Assembly: GCA_944387565.1 (NCBI GenBank)
Contig: CALXFJ010000001.1
Coordinates: 51,218-115,217, forward strand
Origin: an uncultured Clostridia bacterium
Lineage (GTDB): Bacteria > Bacillota > Clostridia > TANB77 > CAG-508
DNA: 64,000 nt
Reading direction: 5' to 3'
Part shown: positions 28,217 to 39,665 of the stretch, in pieces
Layout: every line of letters starts with the position of its first letter
Numbering within the stretch: the first letter of the stretch is position 1
Program-made: the position numbers and the translations under genes
The notes under the pieces: generated by a model
What the model was told of the DNA's origin: nothing
Seen by the model: the letters and a program-made list of their open reading frames with translations, nothing else
Databases searched by the model: none

Positions 28217-28831
28217 TTAATTATTCCTATTTTTAATCATCTTCATTCTAGAAAACTCTTCTCTATCTTTTTCATCCAAAGTATCTTGAATTCTCTTTTC
28301 ATCAGCAATATAATTAGGAATAATAATATCCTTTAAAGAATTAGACCTAGTTTGTACTTTCCTAATTGCAGTATCTAATCTTGAAATAGTAATTTCTATG
28401 CTAGCTAATTGAACTAAAGATTCTTTTAAGGCTTGGAAAGAACCAATAGCTTCATCAACACTTATACTACTTTCAAGAAGACCAAAGGTTAAATTAGGCT
28501 TTTTATTATTAGTATAAGAAACAATAGGAATATCTACACCCATTATAGTCTTGTATTTTATATCCAAAGAATTATCAATTTCTATATTATTTGAGATATT
28601 ATATATCTTATTAATTCCTAGGTCTATATTTGCATTCTGAAAAGCAAGAAGGGCATTTTTATATCCTTCATTAAACTTATCCTCAATTTCTTTTTTCTTA
28701 GAAATGTATTTTTCTTTTTCATTCATTAAAATATATTTCTTCTTTTCTAAAAGTTCTTGACCTTGTTTAGATAAGCTAATTGTCTTTTTTAATTTTATTA
28801 AATTACTTTTAGTAGGAAGAATATTACTCAT
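28217..28831 (-). CDS. ntpD: V/A-type ATPase subunit D
   Basis: 204 aa, N-terminus PTKSNLIKLKK..., last gene after subunit B. Confidence 0.85.
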   Translation of the reverse strand: MSNILPTKSNLIKLKKTISLSKQGQELLEKKKYILMNEKEKYISKKKEIEDKFNEGYKNALLAFQNANIDLGINKIYNISNNIEIDNSLDIKYKTIMGVDIPIVSYTNNKKPNLTFGLLESSISVDEAIGSFQALKESLVQLASIEITISRLDTAIRKVQTRSNSLKDIIIPNYIADEKRIQDTLDEKDREEFSRMKMIKNRNN

Positions 28832-28843
28832 AATTTGCCTCCA

Positions 28844-30179
28844 TTATAATTTAGTTAATTCCTCTTTTGGAAGTATATTTAAAATCTCTAAAGCCAAATC
28901 CAAAGTCTGATTTAAACTTCTTCTTTCATCTTGAGATTGTTTAATAAATCTTTCTTCAAATTCATCTGCAAATTTTAAATATTTTCTATCTAAATCAGAC
29001 AAATCGCTTTCACCTAAAACCTTAGCTAAAGCTCTTACATCTTGAGCTCTAGAATAAGAAGCAAAAATCTGGTCTGAAATTTTTTTATGGTCTTTTCTAG
29101 TATAATTTTCTCCAATACCATCTTTCATTAATCTTGATAATGAATTTAAAATATCAACAGGAGGGATTATACCTTTTTGGTATAAATCTCTAGAAAGTAC
29201 AATTTGCCCTTCAGTAATATAACCTGTTAAATCTGGAATAGGGTGTGAGATATCATCATTAGGCATTGTAAGAATAGGAATTTCTGTAATAGAACCAGAC
29301 TTTCCTTTAATCATGCCAGCTCTTTCGTAAATAGATGCTAAATCACTATACAAATATCCAGGATATCCTTTTCTACTTGGAATTTCACCTTTTAGAGTAG
29401 AAACTTCTCTTAAACTTTCAGCATATGCAGTCATATCAGTTAAAATGACTAATACATGATAACCTAAATCAAAAGCTAAATATTCAGCACAAGTAAGAGT
29501 AACTTTAGGTGTTAGAATCCTTTCAATACTTGGGTCATTAGAAAGATTTTGAAACATAACAACTTTAGAAAGAGAACCATTTTCTTTTAAATTATTTTTA
29601 AAATATTCAGCAGTTTCAAATTCAGCACCCATTAAACCAAAACATATTGCAAACTTTTCTTCTTTACCAATATTAGAATCAGTAATTATTTTATTTGCTA
29701 ATTCATTGTGATTAATTCCACTTCCAGAAAATATAGGAAGTTTTTGACCTCTTATTAAAGTAAGAAGTCCATCAATACTAGAAATTCCAGTCTCAATATA
29801 ATTCCTTGGATATTCTCTAGAAACAGGATTTATACTACTTCCATTAATATCTCTTTCTAAATCAGAATCTATTTCACCTAAACCATCTATAGGTCTTCCA
29901 GTACCATCAAAAATTCTACCTAACATATTTTCAGATAGTTTTATACTTAAAGGCCTTCCTTTTAATATAGTTTTAGTTTTATCTAAACTAATTCCATTTG
30001 TACCTTCATAAACTTGTATCATAGTAGTATTTTCATCCATGCAAATCACATTACCTAATCTGATTTCATTATTAGGTAAAACTAATTCTACTTGTTCGTT
30101 AAATACAACATTTTTTGGGGTTTTCAAATATACAATAGGGCCATTTATACCTTCTAATCCGAATATATTGGATATTCAA
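28844..30179 (-). CDS. ntpB: V/A-type ATPase subunit B, interrupted at in-frame CGG (30161-30159 on minus)
   Basis: Conserved B-subunit sequence. The true N-terminus TTG(30179) [19 protein letters not shown] is recovered only by skipping the C of CGG. RBS ggagg 8 nt upstream. Confidence 0.9.
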
Positions 30180-30194
30180 CTTTTAAACCTCCTT

Positions 30195-31967
30195 CTATAA
30201 GACTTCTTTATATTCATCTTCTATATCATTTAATTTCTTTATATATTCATCTTCCATTTCATCAATTTTTCCAGATTCTATATTAGTTACTTCTTCTTTT
30301 ATTCTTGGATAATTCTCAAAGAAACCAATTTCTTTTATTCTAGACATAGGAATTCCCATATTTATTAAATCATTTGATACTTCATAAATATCAACAACTA
30401 ATTTCATCATTTTATATTGTTTTAATAAAGGTACAAAAGTATCAATATCAGAATTAGCATTTTGTTGTAAAAAGCCTTCTCTTATACATTTACAGATTTC
30501 TAATATTAATTTTTTAGAATCTGATAATACATCTTGTCCAACAACTTTCGCAATTTCTTGTAATTCATTTTCTTCATTTAATAATTTAACAATTTTATTT
30601 CTATAATCTAAAAAATCTTCCTCAGTATTTTTTTCATACCATTCTTCTAAATTAGAAAGATATTCACTATAGCTAATCATCCAATTAATTGCAGGGTAAT
30701 GTCTAGAATATGCTAAATCTCTATCTAATCCCCAAAACACATGTACAAATCTTCTTGTATTTTGTGTAACAGGTTCTGAAAAGTCTGAACCTTGAGGAGA
30801 TACAGCACCTATAATTGTTACAGAACCTTCTGTTCCATTATTATTTAAAGTTCTACCAGCTCTTCCATAAAACTCTGAAAGTCTTGAAGGTAAATAAGAA
30901 GGGAAGCCTTCTTCAGCAGGCATTTCTTCTAGTCTACCAGATATTTCTCTTAAAGCTTCTGCCCATCTTGATGTAGAATCTGCCATAATAGCAACTTGAT
31001 AACCCATATCTCTATAATATTCAGCAATCGTAATACCTGTATATATAGAAGTTTCTCTTGCTGCAACAGGCATATTTGAAGTATTTGCAATTAAAATAGT
31101 TCTTTCCATTAAAGGTCTTCCAGTTCTTGGGTCTGTAAGTTTTGGAAAATCCTCTAGAACTTGAGTCATTTCATTTCCTCTTTCACCACAGCCAATATAA
31201 ACAATTATATTAGCATCACACCATTTAGCTAATTGGTGTTGTAACATTGTTTTACCAGTACCAAATCCACCTGGAATTGTTGCAGTTCCACCTTTACTAA
31301 TTGGAAAAATTGCATCTATTACTCTTTGACCTGTTTGAAGTAAAGTATTTGCCCTAAGCCTTTGTTTATAAGGTCTAGGAATTCTAACAGGCCATTTTTG
31401 TACCATAGTAAGATTAATAACTTCTTTATTTGGTAATTCTACTTTAGCAATTACATCATTTATAGAATAATCTCCTTCAGAAGCAATTTCTAATATTTTT
31501 CCACTAACTTTATTTGGATATAATATTTTATTTGTAACACTTTCAGTTTCTTTAACAGTACCTAATATAAAATTATATTCTACCATATCTCCTAAAGCTA
31601 AACTTGGAACAAAATGCCATTTTTTATTTTCATCTAAGTTTGAAACCTGAACACCTTTTTTTATAAAAGGTCCAGATAAGTTTTCTATTAAATTTAAAGG
31701 TCTTTGAATACCATCATAAACACTACCAATTATTCCAGGACCTAAAGATAAAGACAAAGGAGCATTAGTACTTATTACTTTTTCGCCAAGTTTCATTCCA
31801 GATGTATCTTCATAACATTGAATAGTAGCAGATTCTCCATCTAGTTTTATTACTTCACCTAATAATTTTTGATTACCTATATAGACCATATCATGCATTG
31901 CAAAATCTTCTTTACCAGTTGCAACTATTACAGGTCCGTCTATTTTAGTTATTCTCTTTGGTTCCAT
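30195..31967 (-). CDS. ntpA: V/A-type ATPase catalytic subunit A
   Basis: Walker A GGFGTGKT; 590 aa; typical A-subunit non-homologous insert. Confidence 0.95.
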   Translation of the reverse strand: MEPKRITKIDGPVIVATGKEDFAMHDMVYIGNQKLLGEVIKLDGESATIQCYEDTSGMKLGEKVISTNAPLSLSLGPGIIGSVYDGIQRPLNLIENLSGPFIKKGVQVSNLDENKKWHFVPSLALGDMVEYNFILGTVKETESVTNKILYPNKVSGKILEIASEGDYSINDVIAKVELPNKEVINLTMVQKWPVRIPRPYKQRLRANTLLQTGQRVIDAIFPISKGGTATIPGGFGTGKTMLQHQLAKWCDANIIVYIGCGERGNEMTQVLEDFPKLTDPRTGRPLMERTILIANTSNMPVAARETSIYTGITIAEYYRDMGYQVAIMADSTSRWAEALREISGRLEEMPAEEGFPSYLPSRLSEFYGRAGRTLNNNGTEGSVTIIGAVSPQGSDFSEPVTQNTRRFVHVFWGLDRDLAYSRHYPAINWMISYSEYLSNLEEWYEKNTEEDFLDYRNKIVKLLNEENELQEIAKVVGQDVLSDSKKLILEICKCIREGFLQQNANSDIDTFVPLLKQYKMMKLVVDIYEVSNDLINMGIPMSRIKEIGFFENYPRIKEEVTNIESGKIDEMEDEYIKKLNDIEDEYKEVL

Positions 31968-32502
31968 ATATTTTCTCCTTTAAACTTGTTAGAAATGTAT
32001 TATCAATTATCATATGGTTATTTTTTAAAATAAGTCCACCAATATATTTATCATCTAAAATTTCAATATTACCATAATTATTAAAATTCGTTCTATTTAC
32101 ATCATTATTAGTTAAGCAAATTGTTAAATTTTCTTTGCTTCCTATAAAATTAATGCTGTTTTCAAAGATTTTATTAAGAAGATTAATATATTCATCTGTA
32201 TACGTATATTTAGTTAATTTATCAATACAATCATGAAAAAGCTCATTTTTTTCTTTTTCTTCTTCTAAAAGAAGTTCTTTTTTAGATTCAAGTTGTAAAT
32301 CTATTATTTTTTTATTAAATTCTTTTTCTAATCTAATTTTTTCTTTATCTAGTTTTATTTCTAATTTTTTATTAAAAATATCTATTTCTTTTTCTATTTT
32401 TTTATTAGCTTTTTTATCTAATTGTTCTTTTAAATTTTCTTTATCTTTGTTTGACATATCAAGGCAAATTTCTTTAAATTTTTTTAATTTCGTATCTTCC
32501 AT
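31945..32502 (-). CDS. ntpE: V/A-type ATPase subunit E
   Basis: 185 aa with a charged coiled-coil N-terminus; sits between F and A. Confidence 0.7.
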   Translation of the reverse strand: MEDTKLKKFKEICLDMSNKDKENLKEQLDKKANKKIEKEIDIFNKKLEIKLDKEKIRLEKEFNKKIIDLQLESKKELLLEEEKEKNELFHDCIDKLTKYTYTDEYINLLNKIFENSINFIGSKENLTICLTNNDVNRTNFNNYGNIEILDDKYIGGLILKNNHMIIDNTFLTSLKEKIYGTKENN

Positions 32503-32518
32503 ATTTCAAACTTGCTCC

Positions 32519-32752
32519 TTAATTAAGTTTTAGAAGTAAAGGCAATCTTTTTTCTTTCATCTTATCAAATTCTTGAGGTAATAATTTATAAATATCATCA
32601 TTAATTACCAATATTCCTATATTAGTATCTTTATTTAAATTTTCCAAAAGATTTATAAGTTTTTCCTTTTCTTGAATTAAATTGGTTTCCATTCCAGATA
32701 ATCTAAAACCAATTTCTTCTTCTTTTTTATTAAATATTCCTACAATTTTCAA
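32519..32752 (-). CDS. V/A-type ATPase subunit F
   Basis: 77 aa; KIVGIF...GFRLSGME...ILVINDDIY pattern of F subunits. Confidence 0.65.
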   Translation of the reverse strand: MKIVGIFNKKEEEIGFRLSGMETNLIQEKEKLINLLENLNKDTNIGILVINDDIYKLLPQEFDKMKEKRLPLLLKLN

Positions 32753-32765
32753 TTAAAATCTTCCT

Positions 32766-33236
32766 TTATATTTTATTTAAAATCATTATTGAGATTATTA
32801 AACCATATATAGCAATACCTTCTGCTAAACCTGCAAATATAATTGTTTTTCCAAGTAATGAAGGATTTTCACTAATTGCTCCAATAGCACTAGAAGCAAC
32901 CATGGCAACTGCAATACCAGCACCAATACATGCAAGTCCTGTAGCTAGTGCAGCTGCAAGAAGACCAATATCATGATTAGATAATCCACTTTCTTCTTCA
33001 GTAGTAGAAGTATCTTGTGATTGTTGATTTGTAGTATTAGTTGCAGCTAAATTTTCTTCTGCAGTTAATGAAGCATTATCAGTAGTATTTAAATTATTAG
33101 TTTCTGCTGAAGATGTAGTATTTGTACTTGTATTATTTAATGTGTTTCTTGAACTTGCAGCATATACTGAGCTTACAAATAAACTCCCTAAAATAATCAT
33201 AAAAATTAAAATTAAACTAAAAACTTTTTTTCTCAT
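32766..33236 (-). CDS. ntpK: V/A-type ATPase proteolipid (c/K) subunit with an N-terminal signal-like segment and S/T/N-rich linker
   Basis: C-terminal single hairpin GLACIGAGIAVAM...FAGLAEGIAIYGLII with the ion-binding Glu. The N-terminal 85 aa are a TM/signal segment plus low complexity. Confidence 0.8.
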   Translation of the reverse strand: MRKKVFSLILIFMIILGSLFVSSVYAASSRNTLNNTSTNTTSSAETNNLNTTDNASLTAEENLAATNTTNQQSQDTSTTEEESGLSNHDIGLLAAALATGLACIGAGIAVAMVASSAIGAISENPSLLGKTIIFAGLAEGIAIYGLIISIMILNKI

Positions 33237-33263
33237 ATTAAAATCCTTTCCTTTCGTAACTTA

Positions 33264-35151
33264 TTATTTTTCATCTTCTATTGGAACATATTCTTTTCCA
33301 TCTCCAGAATAAAATCTACTAAATAGTTCGTAATATTCTAGTCTTAATACTTGTATTGCAACAATTAAGCCTTCTAAAGCAATTACTATTATATTTCCAA
33401 TTATATCAACAGCTATGCTTCCTGCTCCTCCAAACATATCTGATAATATATATACAGCCATACATAATCCAACATGATTTATTGCAAAAGCTGCTAATCT
33501 TACAAATGAAATTGTATTACTTGCCATACTAATTATCATTTCTATTACTTCAAATATTTTTTCTACAATTGATACATTTTCTTTGTTTTTATTTTTGCTT
33601 ATAACATTTTCTATTTTTTCTTTAAACAAAATTAGTATCAAAGGTACAATAATTAGAATTAAGCTAAGTGTTAAACTTAAAATCATTTTTCCATTTAATA
33701 AAAAGCCAACAATCAGAACTAAAATAATACTATAAAAAATTAATCCTGCTAGTCCATTTTTATCAAATAAAGCTCTCGATATATCTTTATTTTTTAAACC
33801 GTTTTTTATATTAAATATCATAGCTATAATTATAAGTAATGCACCACTTCCAATTCCAAATATAAGCATATTTTGGATATTATCCATAGGACTTGGAACA
33901 AGACCTTTTATTATGTCTTCATTTCCAAATATACTACCATATAAAAAACCAAATATTATTGAAGAAATTCCACCGGCCGTTAGAATAGGGCCTAAGCTAC
34001 TTTCCTTTTTCATTAATATAAGTCCAATTAATGAAATTACAAAGCCTTGTCCTACATCTCCAAACATAAATCCAAACATTAAAAAAGCTGTTATTGCAAC
34101 AAAGAAAGTAGGGTCCATTTCAGTATAATTTGGAGTTCCATACATTTTTACAATAGATTCAAATGGTTTTATTATTCTATTGTTTTTTAATTTAGTAGGT
34201 GGGGTGCTTGCAACTTCATCATGATTTTTTACTATATATTCAACACCTTCTTTTTCTAATTTAGGTAATAATTCTTCTAAGTTATTATAAGGAATCCAAC
34301 CTACAATATAGAAAGAGCCTTTGTTATCATGAGCCATATATTTTTTTACTTTATTTATTTTTTCTAAAAGTTCTAATTGAAGCAAATCATTTACTAAATT
34401 TCTTCCAATATCTTCTCTAAGTTTACTTAAAAGTTCTTTTCTATTTTCTATTTTTATAGATTCTTCTTTAATATATTGATTTACTTTTGTAAGTACATCT
34501 GAAGGTTTTCCTTTAAAATCTTCCGGAAGCCAAATCCTTTTAAATTTTAGAACTTTAAAATAACTATCAACTTCTTTAGATAAAGCTTCAGGAGTAAAAT
34601 ATATAATCCATACATTTTCTTTATCTTTATCTAATTCAATAAGTATTGCATTTATATCATTTATTTTTTTAGATAATTCTTCATAATTTTCTAAAGAAAT
34701 AGTTCCGAAATCTAAAATTTATATATTTTAAATTATATAATTTTTCTAATTCAACTGGAATATTTTTTAGATGTTCTATTGGAACAATACTCTCACTTAA
34801 TTTAGAAATTTCTTTTTCTTCTTCATCTATTTCATTATATAAATTATTTATTTTTTCTTCATAATCATCAATGTTAGATTTTATATCATCTAAATTTTGG
34901 CTTAAATTTATAGGTTTTGATTCGTAATTTATATTTAATTTTTCTAATAGAGATTTAGCTTTTTTATAATATTCTTTAATACTAGAATCATAAGTAAAAT
35001 ATGTTAGTTTCCAACCTTTTTCTAGAACTTTTAAAGCATTTTCTGGTTGGAACCCTGAACCAATTAAATTGTTTGCAATTATAAAGTCTAAGTCTTCTTC
35101 TTTACCAGTCATGCTTAAAAATTTCATTCTTTCTATCGCCAAAACATTCAC
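33264..35151 (-). CDS. ntpI: V/A-type ATPase subunit I (a), interrupted at in-frame CGG (34707-34705 on minus)
   Basis: ORFs 34681-35151 and 33264-34385 join without stops when the C is skipped (..NFRF-G-TISLENYEEL..). C-terminal multi-TM domain. Confidence 0.85.
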
Positions 35152-35160
35152 CTCTTTTGT

Positions 35161-36117
35161 TTATATTATAATTTTTCTTTGTATATTTTCGCTAGGCATT
35201 TTATATCTTATACCTTCTATTATTGTAACTATGTTTTCTTTTTCAGTTTCTAAGATTTTAAGATAACTAATAATCATACTTAAATCAAGCATTTCATTTC
35301 TAAATGTTTTTTTACTTTTTTTATATAAAAATCTTTTAATATCAATTTCAATATCATTTTGAATAATATCTTTATAGATAGTACCTTCTAAAGATTGTTT
35401 TAAATCATCTAAGTTATTTGAATTCTCTATTTTTTTAATAATATTTAAATCAATTTTATAAAAACAATTAATTAAAATATCTTGATTAATAACTCCATAA
35501 TATTTGGCACATCTATATGCCCAAAGTATATTTAATAAATCAATTTGTGTTTTTAATAAATCTTCTAATTTTTTATTTTTTCCCTTAATTGTTTTTAAAA
35601 AATTTTCAAAATAATATTTATCAAGTTTGTTTTCTCTTTCAAAGTCTGAATTACTATTAGCAAAAATATCCTTAATATTTTTTTCAGGTATTTTTTCTAT
35701 AAAATCATCTTTTTTTGTTGTAGTAACTAAGGTTTTTAAATCTGTAAATAAATTTTGAATCCAATAGTTATTAGTCATATTTAAATTTAAAACAGATAAA
35801 TCTTCATATAGTTTTTTAATTGTTTCTATTTTATATTTTAAAATATATTGTTCAAATATTTCCTTATTTTTTCCTTGTAAATATTTAAGTATTTTTTTAA
35901 TATCGTAAATTAAAATATTATCTAAAGAATCTTCTAATTCAATTCTACTTGCATTATTTGGTAAATCTTCTAAGCTAGGTATTTTTGATTTTAGAATAAT
36001 TAGAGCGTCTTTTATAGTATTTTGTTTTATTAAGTCCTCAAGGTCATCTTTTTTTAATTTTTCTGAATACATTACTTTCAATTTAGAATTTAAACTAGGA
36101 CTAGTTATTGTTCCCAT
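35161..36117 (-). CDS. ntpC: V/A-type ATPase subunit C (d)
   Basis: 318 aa helical protein in the expected operon position. Confidence 0.7.
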   Translation of the reverse strand: MGTITSPSLNSKLKVMYSEKLKKDDLEDLIKQNTIKDALIILKSKIPSLEDLPNNASRIELEDSLDNILIYDIKKILKYLQGKNKEIFEQYILKYKIETIKKLYEDLSVLNLNMTNNYWIQNLFTDLKTLVTTTKKDDFIEKIPEKNIKDIFANSNSDFERENKLDKYYFENFLKTIKGKNKKLEDLLKTQIDLLNILWAYRCAKYYGVINQDILINCFYKIDLNIIKKIENSNNLDDLKQSLEGTIYKDIIQNDIEIDIKRFLYKKSKKTFRNEMLDLSMIISYLKILETEKENIVTIIEGIRYKMPSENIQRKIII

Positions 36118-36442
36118 TATTTAAAACCACCTCTTCTAAAACGCTATTTACTATTTGGTTTTCTTTTTGCTCTTTTTCAGTCTTAAATTTGTTTATTTTT
36201 TCATTTAGTTCTTTTGAGGTTTTTTCTTTTATTAATTCTTCTTGTTCTGCTAAAGAATTTTCGAAATTTTTAGTTAAGTTTAATATTTTTTCTTGTGCTT
36301 TTGCTTCAAGAGCAACTTCTTTTGCTGTTATTTCTCCACTAATATATTTATCTATTTCTTTATTCTTTTCTTCTATAGATTTAATATTTTCTTTAGCTAA
36401 GTTATCTATTTTTAATATATCATTTATAATTTCTGTATTCAC
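36101..36442 (-). CDS. V/A-type ATPase peripheral-stalk subunit (G/H-like)
   Basis: 113 aa charged coiled coil, first gene of the operon, GTG start after the RBS aggag. Confidence 0.55.
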   Translation of the reverse strand: MNTEIINDILKIDNLAKENIKSIEEKNKEIDKYISGEITAKEVALEAKAQEKILNLTKNFENSLAEQEELIKEKTSKELNEKINKFKTEKEQKENQIVNSVLEEVVLNNGNNN

Positions 36443-36501
36443 AAAACCACTCCTGACTTTAAGGTTAGTTTTAAATTTTTAACTTAAAATTTTTCATATA
36501 T

Positions 36502-36530
36502 ATTTTATTTTTTTACTTTTTGCTTGTCAA
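36502..36530 (-). promoter_or_regulatory. promoter of the V-ATPase operon
   Basis: Minus strand TTGACA, 17-nt spacer, TAAAAT. Confidence 0.5.
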
Positions 36531-36956
36531 TAAAATACCCAAAAAATTCACATTTTATTTGTAGAAAATAAAATTGGATAAAATAAAAAATTAAAATGTA
36601 TAATTAATTTTAGACCAACAGATGATATTAAATAGGTATGAAAGTAGAAAGGCGAACAAAATAATGAATACATATTGATATACTTATAAAAGAAAAGTAA
36701 GTATGTCTAAAATATAGAACTTAAAAGTATAATAGGTAAGATAAAAGATTTTCAGAATGAAAATATAAAAATTTGATTAATTGGATTGCTTTTTAAATAT
36801 AATTAATGTATAAAAAATAGAACTAGATTTACTTATTTAGAAGAAATCTAGTTCAATAAACAAAAAATAAACATATAAATATATGACTTATTCTAACGAG
36901 ATTGTAGCAAAAAAAATCCCATAAGTCAACAGAAACAAGAAAAAATTAATATATTT

Positions 36957-38462
36957 TTATAAATCATATTTTTCTAGGTCTTTAAATGCAGGATTATATA
37001 AATTATTTCCATCAAAATCATATCTAGAACCGTGACAAGGGCAATCCCAGGTTTTATCAGTATCATTCCAAGAAAGAAGACAGCCTAAATGAGTACAAAT
37101 AGGTTTAATAGCATGAATGTTACCATCATTATCTTTATAAACACCAACTTTTTCATTATTAATCTCAATAATTCCACCAGAGTTTTGAGGAATTTCAAAA
37201 AAATCTAAATTAGAAGTTTCTAGTTTTCTAAAAAGAAGAGAATTAGAAGAATCAACTAACATATTTTTAAATTCATCAATATTTTTAAGTGGCTTTAACC
37301 TATGAGAATTAAATAGATATTCATACTTATTTTCTTTTTCTTGAATTTTATCTACAATAATATTTGCTGCAACATTAGATAAAGTCATACCCCATTTTTT
37401 AAAACCAGTACCAACAAAGACATTAGGCATTAAAGAAGAATAAGAGCCTATATAAGGTAATTTATCAAGAGAAATACAATCATTAGTGTCCCATCTAAAT
37501 AATATATCTGAATCAGGATAGTATTTTTTTGCTATTTCTTCTAATTTACCATAAGTTTCATTTTCAGATTTAGTATATCCTGTTTTATGACCCATTCCAC
37601 CAATTAATAATAATTCTTTATTATCATAAGTTGCAGTCCTAAATGACAAGTAAGGCTCACTTGCAGAAATGTACATACCATTTCCTAAAGTCTTTTTAGG
37701 GTCAATTGCTATTAAATAAGATGTTGATTGGTACAATTTAGTAAAATAAAAACCAGGGAAATTAATAAACGGATAATGGCTTGCAATAATTACATATTTA
37801 GAACTTATTTTGGCATCTGGAGTAAAAGTTATATAATTATCACCATCATTTTTAACATCAGTAACAGTTGTATTTATATAAATTTCACCTAAATTTTCTA
37901 AAATAGATTTGCATAGACCTTCTAAATATTTTAAAGGATGAAATTGTGCTTGGTTTTTAAAACAAATACTACCTAAAGTATCAAATGGAAGAGAAGTTTT
38001 ACTTACAAATTCACAATTATAATCTAAACTTGAAACAGCATTAATTTCTTTTTTTATTTTTAATAAGTCTTCTTCGCTTTTTGCATAAATATAATTGTTT
38101 TGATATTTGAAATCACAATTAATATTATTTTCATCAATAATATTTTTTATATTTTCAATTGCTTTTTCATTTACATCTAAATAATCTTTAGCAAATTTTT
38201 TACCAAATGAGTTAATTAAATAATCATAAAATAAACCATGTAAGCTTGTAATTTTACCTGTTGTGTGACCAGTTGTTCTACTTCCGATTGTAAATTTTTC
38301 TAAAATAACAGTTTTATAACCTAATTTACTTAAATAATAGGCACAAGTAACACCAAAAATTCCACCACCAATAATTGTGACGTCACAATTTATAGAGCCT
38401 TTTAAATCAGTTTTATAATCAAGATTTTTAATATTTTCATAGGAAAGCCATAAAGAATTCAT
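36957..38462 (-). CDS. FAD-dependent oxidoreductase fused to a C-terminal Rieske [2Fe-2S] domain
   Basis: DVTIIGGGIFG dinucleotide fold. CTHLGC...CPCHGS Rieske ligands. Start MNSLW after the RBS gaggtg; the longer track ORF is an upstream extension. Confidence 0.8.
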   Translation of the reverse strand: MNSLWLSYENIKNLDYKTDLKGSINCDVTIIGGGIFGVTCAYYLSKLGYKTVILEKFTIGSRTTGHTTGKITSLHGLFYDYLINSFGKKFAKDYLDVNEKAIENIKNIIDENNINCDFKYQNNYIYAKSEEDLLKIKKEINAVSSLDYNCEFVSKTSLPFDTLGSICFKNQAQFHPLKYLEGLCKSILENLGEIYINTTVTDVKNDGDNYITFTPDAKISSKYVIIASHYPFINFPGFYFTKLYQSTSYLIAIDPKKTLGNGMYISASEPYLSFRTATYDNKELLLIGGMGHKTGYTKSENETYGKLEEIAKKYYPDSDILFRWDTNDCISLDKLPYIGSYSSLMPNVFVGTGFKKWGMTLSNVAANIIVDKIQEKENKYEYLFNSHRLKPLKNIDEFKNMLVDSSNSLLFRKLETSNLDFFEIPQNSGGIIEINNEKVGVYKDNDGNIHAIKPICTHLGCLLSWNDTDKTWDCPCHGSRYDFDGNNLYNPAFKDLEKYDL

Positions 38463-38566
38463 GAAATTCACCTCTTTTAGTAGTATGGTCAAAAAGAGGA
38501 AAAATATTGACAAAATATAAAAAAGTTTTAAACTATATAGGGATAAAAAAATAGGAGAGAGTTTTT

Positions 38567-39568
38567 GTGGAAAAGGTAAAAAGAGAAGCATCAATAGATA
38601 TATTAAAATGTATAGGAATGTTATTAATTATATTAGCACATTGTGGTGCACCGACTTTTATAGATGAAATAAGAAATTTTGATGTTGTTTTGTTAGTAAT
38701 ACTTTCTGGAACAGTAGCAATTAAATCATATGAAAGAAGTAAAAGTGGATTTAAATACATAAAGAAAAGATTAATTAGATTAATAATACCAACATATATT
38801 TTTTTAACAGTTTTATTTTTATTAGAAAAGATTGTATGCTTATTTGAACCTATATTTCCAATGGATGAAAACACAATACTTTCAAGTTATACACTAACTA
38901 GTGGAATAGGATATGTTTGGATAATAAGAATATATATATTATGTGCTATTTCTGTTGTTATATTAATGAATATAAAAAAATATAAAAAAATAATAATTAT
39001 AAGCTTATTTATAATTTATGAAATATTGTATTATACAATAGGAAATTCGAATTTATTTTTACAGTATGATGTATATTATTTGATTCCGTATGGACTTTTA
39101 TGTGTATATATAGGAATGCAAATTAAAAATTGGGATAATAAAAAACTATTAAAGGCTACAGCAATATTTTTATTAGTTTTTGTAATATTATTTATAGTTT
39201 TCTATATTATAAAAAATCAAATTACTAAAATAAGTGATTATAAATACCCACCAAGAGTATATTATTTAAGTTATGGAATAGGAGTATCTTTACTTTTATA
39301 TTATTTAATCGATAGAAAAAATATATTAAATATAAAAGAAAAATTAAATAATAAATTAATATTATTTATAGGTAGTCATACAATGTGGATATATTTATGG
39401 CAAATATTTTACTTAAATACTTTTGCTTTTGTTAAGTTTGAAGTAAAGTGGTATGAAAAATATATTTACCTTGTAGTAATGTCAATATTAACCACATATC
39501 TTCAAAGTAAGATTGTACAAAAATTAAATATAAAAAATAAAAATGTAAAAGCAATATTCGATAGTTAA
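38567..39568 (+). CDS. acyltransferase family 3 membrane protein
   Basis: About ten TM segments; N-terminal IDILKCIGMLLIILAHCG is typical of the family. Confidence 0.7.
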   Translation: MEKVKREASIDILKCIGMLLIILAHCGAPTFIDEIRNFDVVLLVILSGTVAIKSYERSKSGFKYIKKRLIRLIIPTYIFLTVLFLLEKIVCLFEPIFPMDENTILSSYTLTSGIGYVWIIRIYILCAISVVILMNIKKYKKIIIISLFIIYEILYYTIGNSNLFLQYDVYYLIPYGLLCVYIGMQIKNWDNKKLLKATAIFLLVFVILFIVFYIIKNQITKISDYKYPPRVYYLSYGIGVSLLLYYLIDRKNILNIKEKLNNKLILFIGSHTMWIYLWQIFYLNTFAFVKFEVKWYEKYIYLVVMSILTTYLQSKIVQKLNIKNKNVKAIFDS

Positions 39569-39665
39569 AGATATATAAAGAATAATTGATAAAAATAGTG
39601 GAAAAATGATAAATATAGTGATATACTAAGTAAGAATTAAAATAAAAAAAACAGGAGGTATAAAG

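Noticed and set aside
33913-36482. Plus-strand ORFs 33913-34128, 35069-35266 and 36108-36482 within the ntp operon
   Set aside because: They are antisense to conserved V-ATPase genes.
38463-38874. The 44-aa N-terminal extension of the oxidoreductase ORF (to 38594) and minus-strand ORF 38533-38874
   Set aside because: The extension is hydrophobic junk upstream of a strong RBS plus ATG at 38462. The second ORF is antisense to the acyltransferase gene start.
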